Assembly (NCBI GenBank): GCA_964291285.2
Contig: OZ219787.1
Location: 1,952,001-2,016,000, forward strand
Source of the DNA: Alphaproteobacteria bacterium
GTDB taxonomy: Bacteria; Pseudomonadota; Alphaproteobacteria; Bin95
DNA: 64,000 bases
Direction of reading: 5' to 3'
In this document: piece by piece, positions 62,115-64,000 of the stretch
Layout: every line of letters begins with the position of its first letter
How positions within the stretch are numbered: position 1 is the first letter of the stretch
Translations under genes and position numbers: made by a program
The notes under the pieces: model-generated
Seen by the model: only the letters and a program-made list of their open reading frames with translations
Told to the model about the DNA's origin: nothing
The model's database searches: none

Positions 62115-62886
62115 GGGGCTTCTCCGCCAGGAATTCGGCAAGCCGCGCATTGTATGCGTCCGGCTTCTCGGCATAGGCCGCGTGGCCCGCGCCCTCGAAG
62201 TGGGTGATACGGGCGTCGGGGAGCAGCGCGGCGATTTCCTCCCCGCGTTCCGGCGGCGCGATGCCGTCCTGCCTGCCGCAAAGCACGAGCGCCGGGAGGC
62301 CGAGCGCCCGGAGGATATCGCGGTTGTCGGTCCCGTTCAGCACGGCGACGCCGCCGGCGAACGCCTCGCGCGTCACCTCGCCCGCGATCAGGGCGAGGCG
62401 CGCCAGCACGTCCGCCGACGCTCCCGGCGCGGCCATGCCCGCGGCCCGCGTCCTGCCGCGTTCCTCGGGCGTGAGCGTGTCGAATTCCCGCAGCCGTTCT
62501 TCCCATCCGAGCGCTCCGACGAAGCCGGCGCGCGTCCCGGACAGGACGAGCCTTTCGATACGGCCCGGATGGCGGGCGGCGACGCGCGGCGCGATGATTC
62601 CGCCCATGGAGTGGCCGAGCAGCACGGCCGTTTCGACGCCGAGCCGGTCCAGCAGGCCCGCCGCCTCGTCGGCCCAGCGGTCGGCGGATGCCTCCGGCGC
62701 CGGGTCGGAGCCGCCGAAGCCGGGCGCATCCCAGCCGATCACCCGATGGCTGGCGGCGAAGGCCCGGTATTGCTCCTCCCAGGTCTTCGAGCTGCCGCCG
62801 ATGCCGTGCATCAGCATCAGCGCAGGCCCCTCGCCCGCCTCGCGATAGGCGATCGGGCCAGACCGGCTGAGTTCGGGCAGGGTCAT
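62107..62886 (-). CDS. Alpha/beta fold hydrolase
   Basis: HGIGG, WDAPGFG, GHSMGG nucleophile elbow, GAGH. Confidence 0.9.
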   Translation of the reverse strand: MTLPELSRSGPIAYREAGEGPALMLMHGIGGSSKTWEEQYRAFAASHRVIGWDAPGFGGSDPAPEASADRWADEAAGLLDRLGVETAVLLGHSMGGIIAPRVAARHPGRIERLVLSGTRAGFVGALGWEERLREFDTLTPEERGRTRAAGMAAPGASADVLARLALIAGEVTREAFAGGVAVLNGTDNRDILRALGLPALVLCGRQDGIAPPERGEEIAALLPDARITHFEGAGHAAYAEKPDAYNARLAEFLAEKPHA

Positions 62887-62940
62887 CGGAAGGCTCCTCT
62901 CATCGACGCCTCGGCATCGTGGCGTTGCGGCTGGCGGCAA

Positions 62941-63792
62941 TCAAGGCCGGCCGGGCCGGGTGGTCAGGATGGCGGCGGCGACGACCATGACGCCGCCGGA
63001 GACGATCCAGATGTCGGGCAGGTCGCCCCAGAGCCACCAGCCGAAACCGACCGCCCAGACAAGGCTGAGATAGCGCAGCGGCGAGACGAGCGAGGCCGGC
63101 GCAAGGCGGAAGGATGCGATGATGAGATATTGCGCGATGCCCGCCATGATGCCGGCGGCGCCGAACAGCAGCCAGTCGAACCAGCCGGGCCAGTGCGCCT
63201 CCCAGAACAGGCTGAGGCCGCCGCCGACCAGCGTCAGGACCTGGCTGTAGAGGAAGATGGTCGTGGAGGCCTCCAGCGTGCCGAGCTTGCGGGTGATGAC
63301 GTCGCGGCCGGCGGAGATGACGGCCGCTGTGATGGGCACGATCACCGCCCACTGGAACGCCGAAGTGCCGGGGCGCATCATCACCAGCACGCCGACGAAA
63401 CCGATGAGAACGGCGGCCCAGCCGCGCCATCCGACGCGCTCGCGGAGGAAAATGGCGGACATGATCGTCAGGATGACCGGGCTCACGAAGACGACCGCCA
63501 TGGCGTCGGCCAGCGGCAGCACGGCCCAGGACATCACGATGACAAGGCTGCAAAGGACCGCGAGCACGCCGCGCAGCATGGTCAGCTTCGGCGCGCGGGG
63601 CACCGCCAGCCGCCAGCCGCCGTCGCGGCGCATCAGCCAGGCGACGACCGCCATGCCCGAAATCGTGCGGTAGAACAGGATTTCGCCGGAATGGTAGTCG
63701 GCGGTGAGCCATTTCGCGATGGCGTCCTGCGCCGTCAGGATGATGGTGCTGAGCACCATGTAGAGCGCGCCCAGCCGCGCATCCCTGTCCAC
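62941..63792 (-). CDS. DMT/EamA-family transporter
   Basis: About 10 TM segments, LPLADA, LRERVG..GW.AV..GFVGV...RPG; start approximate. Confidence 0.88.
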   Translation of the reverse strand: MDRDARLGALYMVLSTIILTAQDAIAKWLTADYHSGEILFYRTISGMAVVAWLMRRDGGWRLAVPRAPKLTMLRGVLAVLCSLVIVMSWAVLPLADAMAVVFVSPVILTIMSAIFLRERVGWRGWAAVLIGFVGVLVMMRPGTSAFQWAVIVPITAAVISAGRDVITRKLGTLEASTTIFLYSQVLTLVGGGLSLFWEAHWPGWFDWLLFGAAGIMAGIAQYLIIASFRLAPASLVSPLRYLSLVWAVGFGWWLWGDLPDIWIVSGGVMVVAAAILTTRPGRP

Positions 63793-63834
63793 GAGCCGCT
63801 TGTTCCCGCCACCGGAGGGCGTAGAGTAACCGTC

Positions 63835-64000
63835 ATGGAAGCATTCGTCTCTACGGAATGGCTGGCGGCGCGCCTGGACGATCCGGCGCTCCGCATTCTC
63901 GACGCGACCGTCCACCTGCATGCCCTGCCGGGCGGCGACATGCGGGCCGAGAGCGGGCGCGGGGACTATCTCAAGGGCCATATTCCGGGCGCCGTGTTCG
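63835..64000 (+). CDS. Sulfurtransferase (rhodanese/SseA family), 5' part
   Basis: Not in the ORF track: MEAFVSTEWLAARLDDPALRILDAT...YLKGHIPGAVF. Confidence 0.85.
   Translation, partial: MEAFVSTEWLAARLDDPALRILDATVHLHALPGGDMRAESGRGDYLKGHIPGAVF

Overview
High-GC alphaproteobacterial chromosome segment; gene order and style suggest a Rhodospirillales-like organism (inference). Most of it is conserved housekeeping: tRNA-Ala(GGC), TIGR02300, aroA-cmk-rpsA-sppA-ihfB-lapA-trpFBA-accD-folC, tsaE-amgK-murU-addB-addA-trxA, clpB, an EF-G paralog, gpmA, glyQS-ppdK and sdhCDAB. Between these lie catabolic genes (gentisate-type dioxygenase, two LLM oxidoreductases, a GcvT-family amine oxidoreductase, hydantoinase A/B, FAH-family hydrolases). 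Small accessory inserts sit at operon junctions: Uma2, an intact higBA, three toxin-less antitoxin genes and REP-like palindromes. The most unusual signal is a module found twice, about 40 kb apart (13752-14405 and 54544-55813). Each copy has an alpha-type LexA-like box, then a gene made only of IS630-transposase DNA-binding domains (no DDE domain; one copy has a mirrored HTH-wHTH-wHTH-HTH layout), then repeats of a CTCRACC-N4-CGGA motif, and finally a convergent promoter-like element facing an apparently non-coding tract. This is a candidate domesticated, SOS-controlled, transposase-derived regulatory system. All calls come from reading the sequence; no database searches were run.
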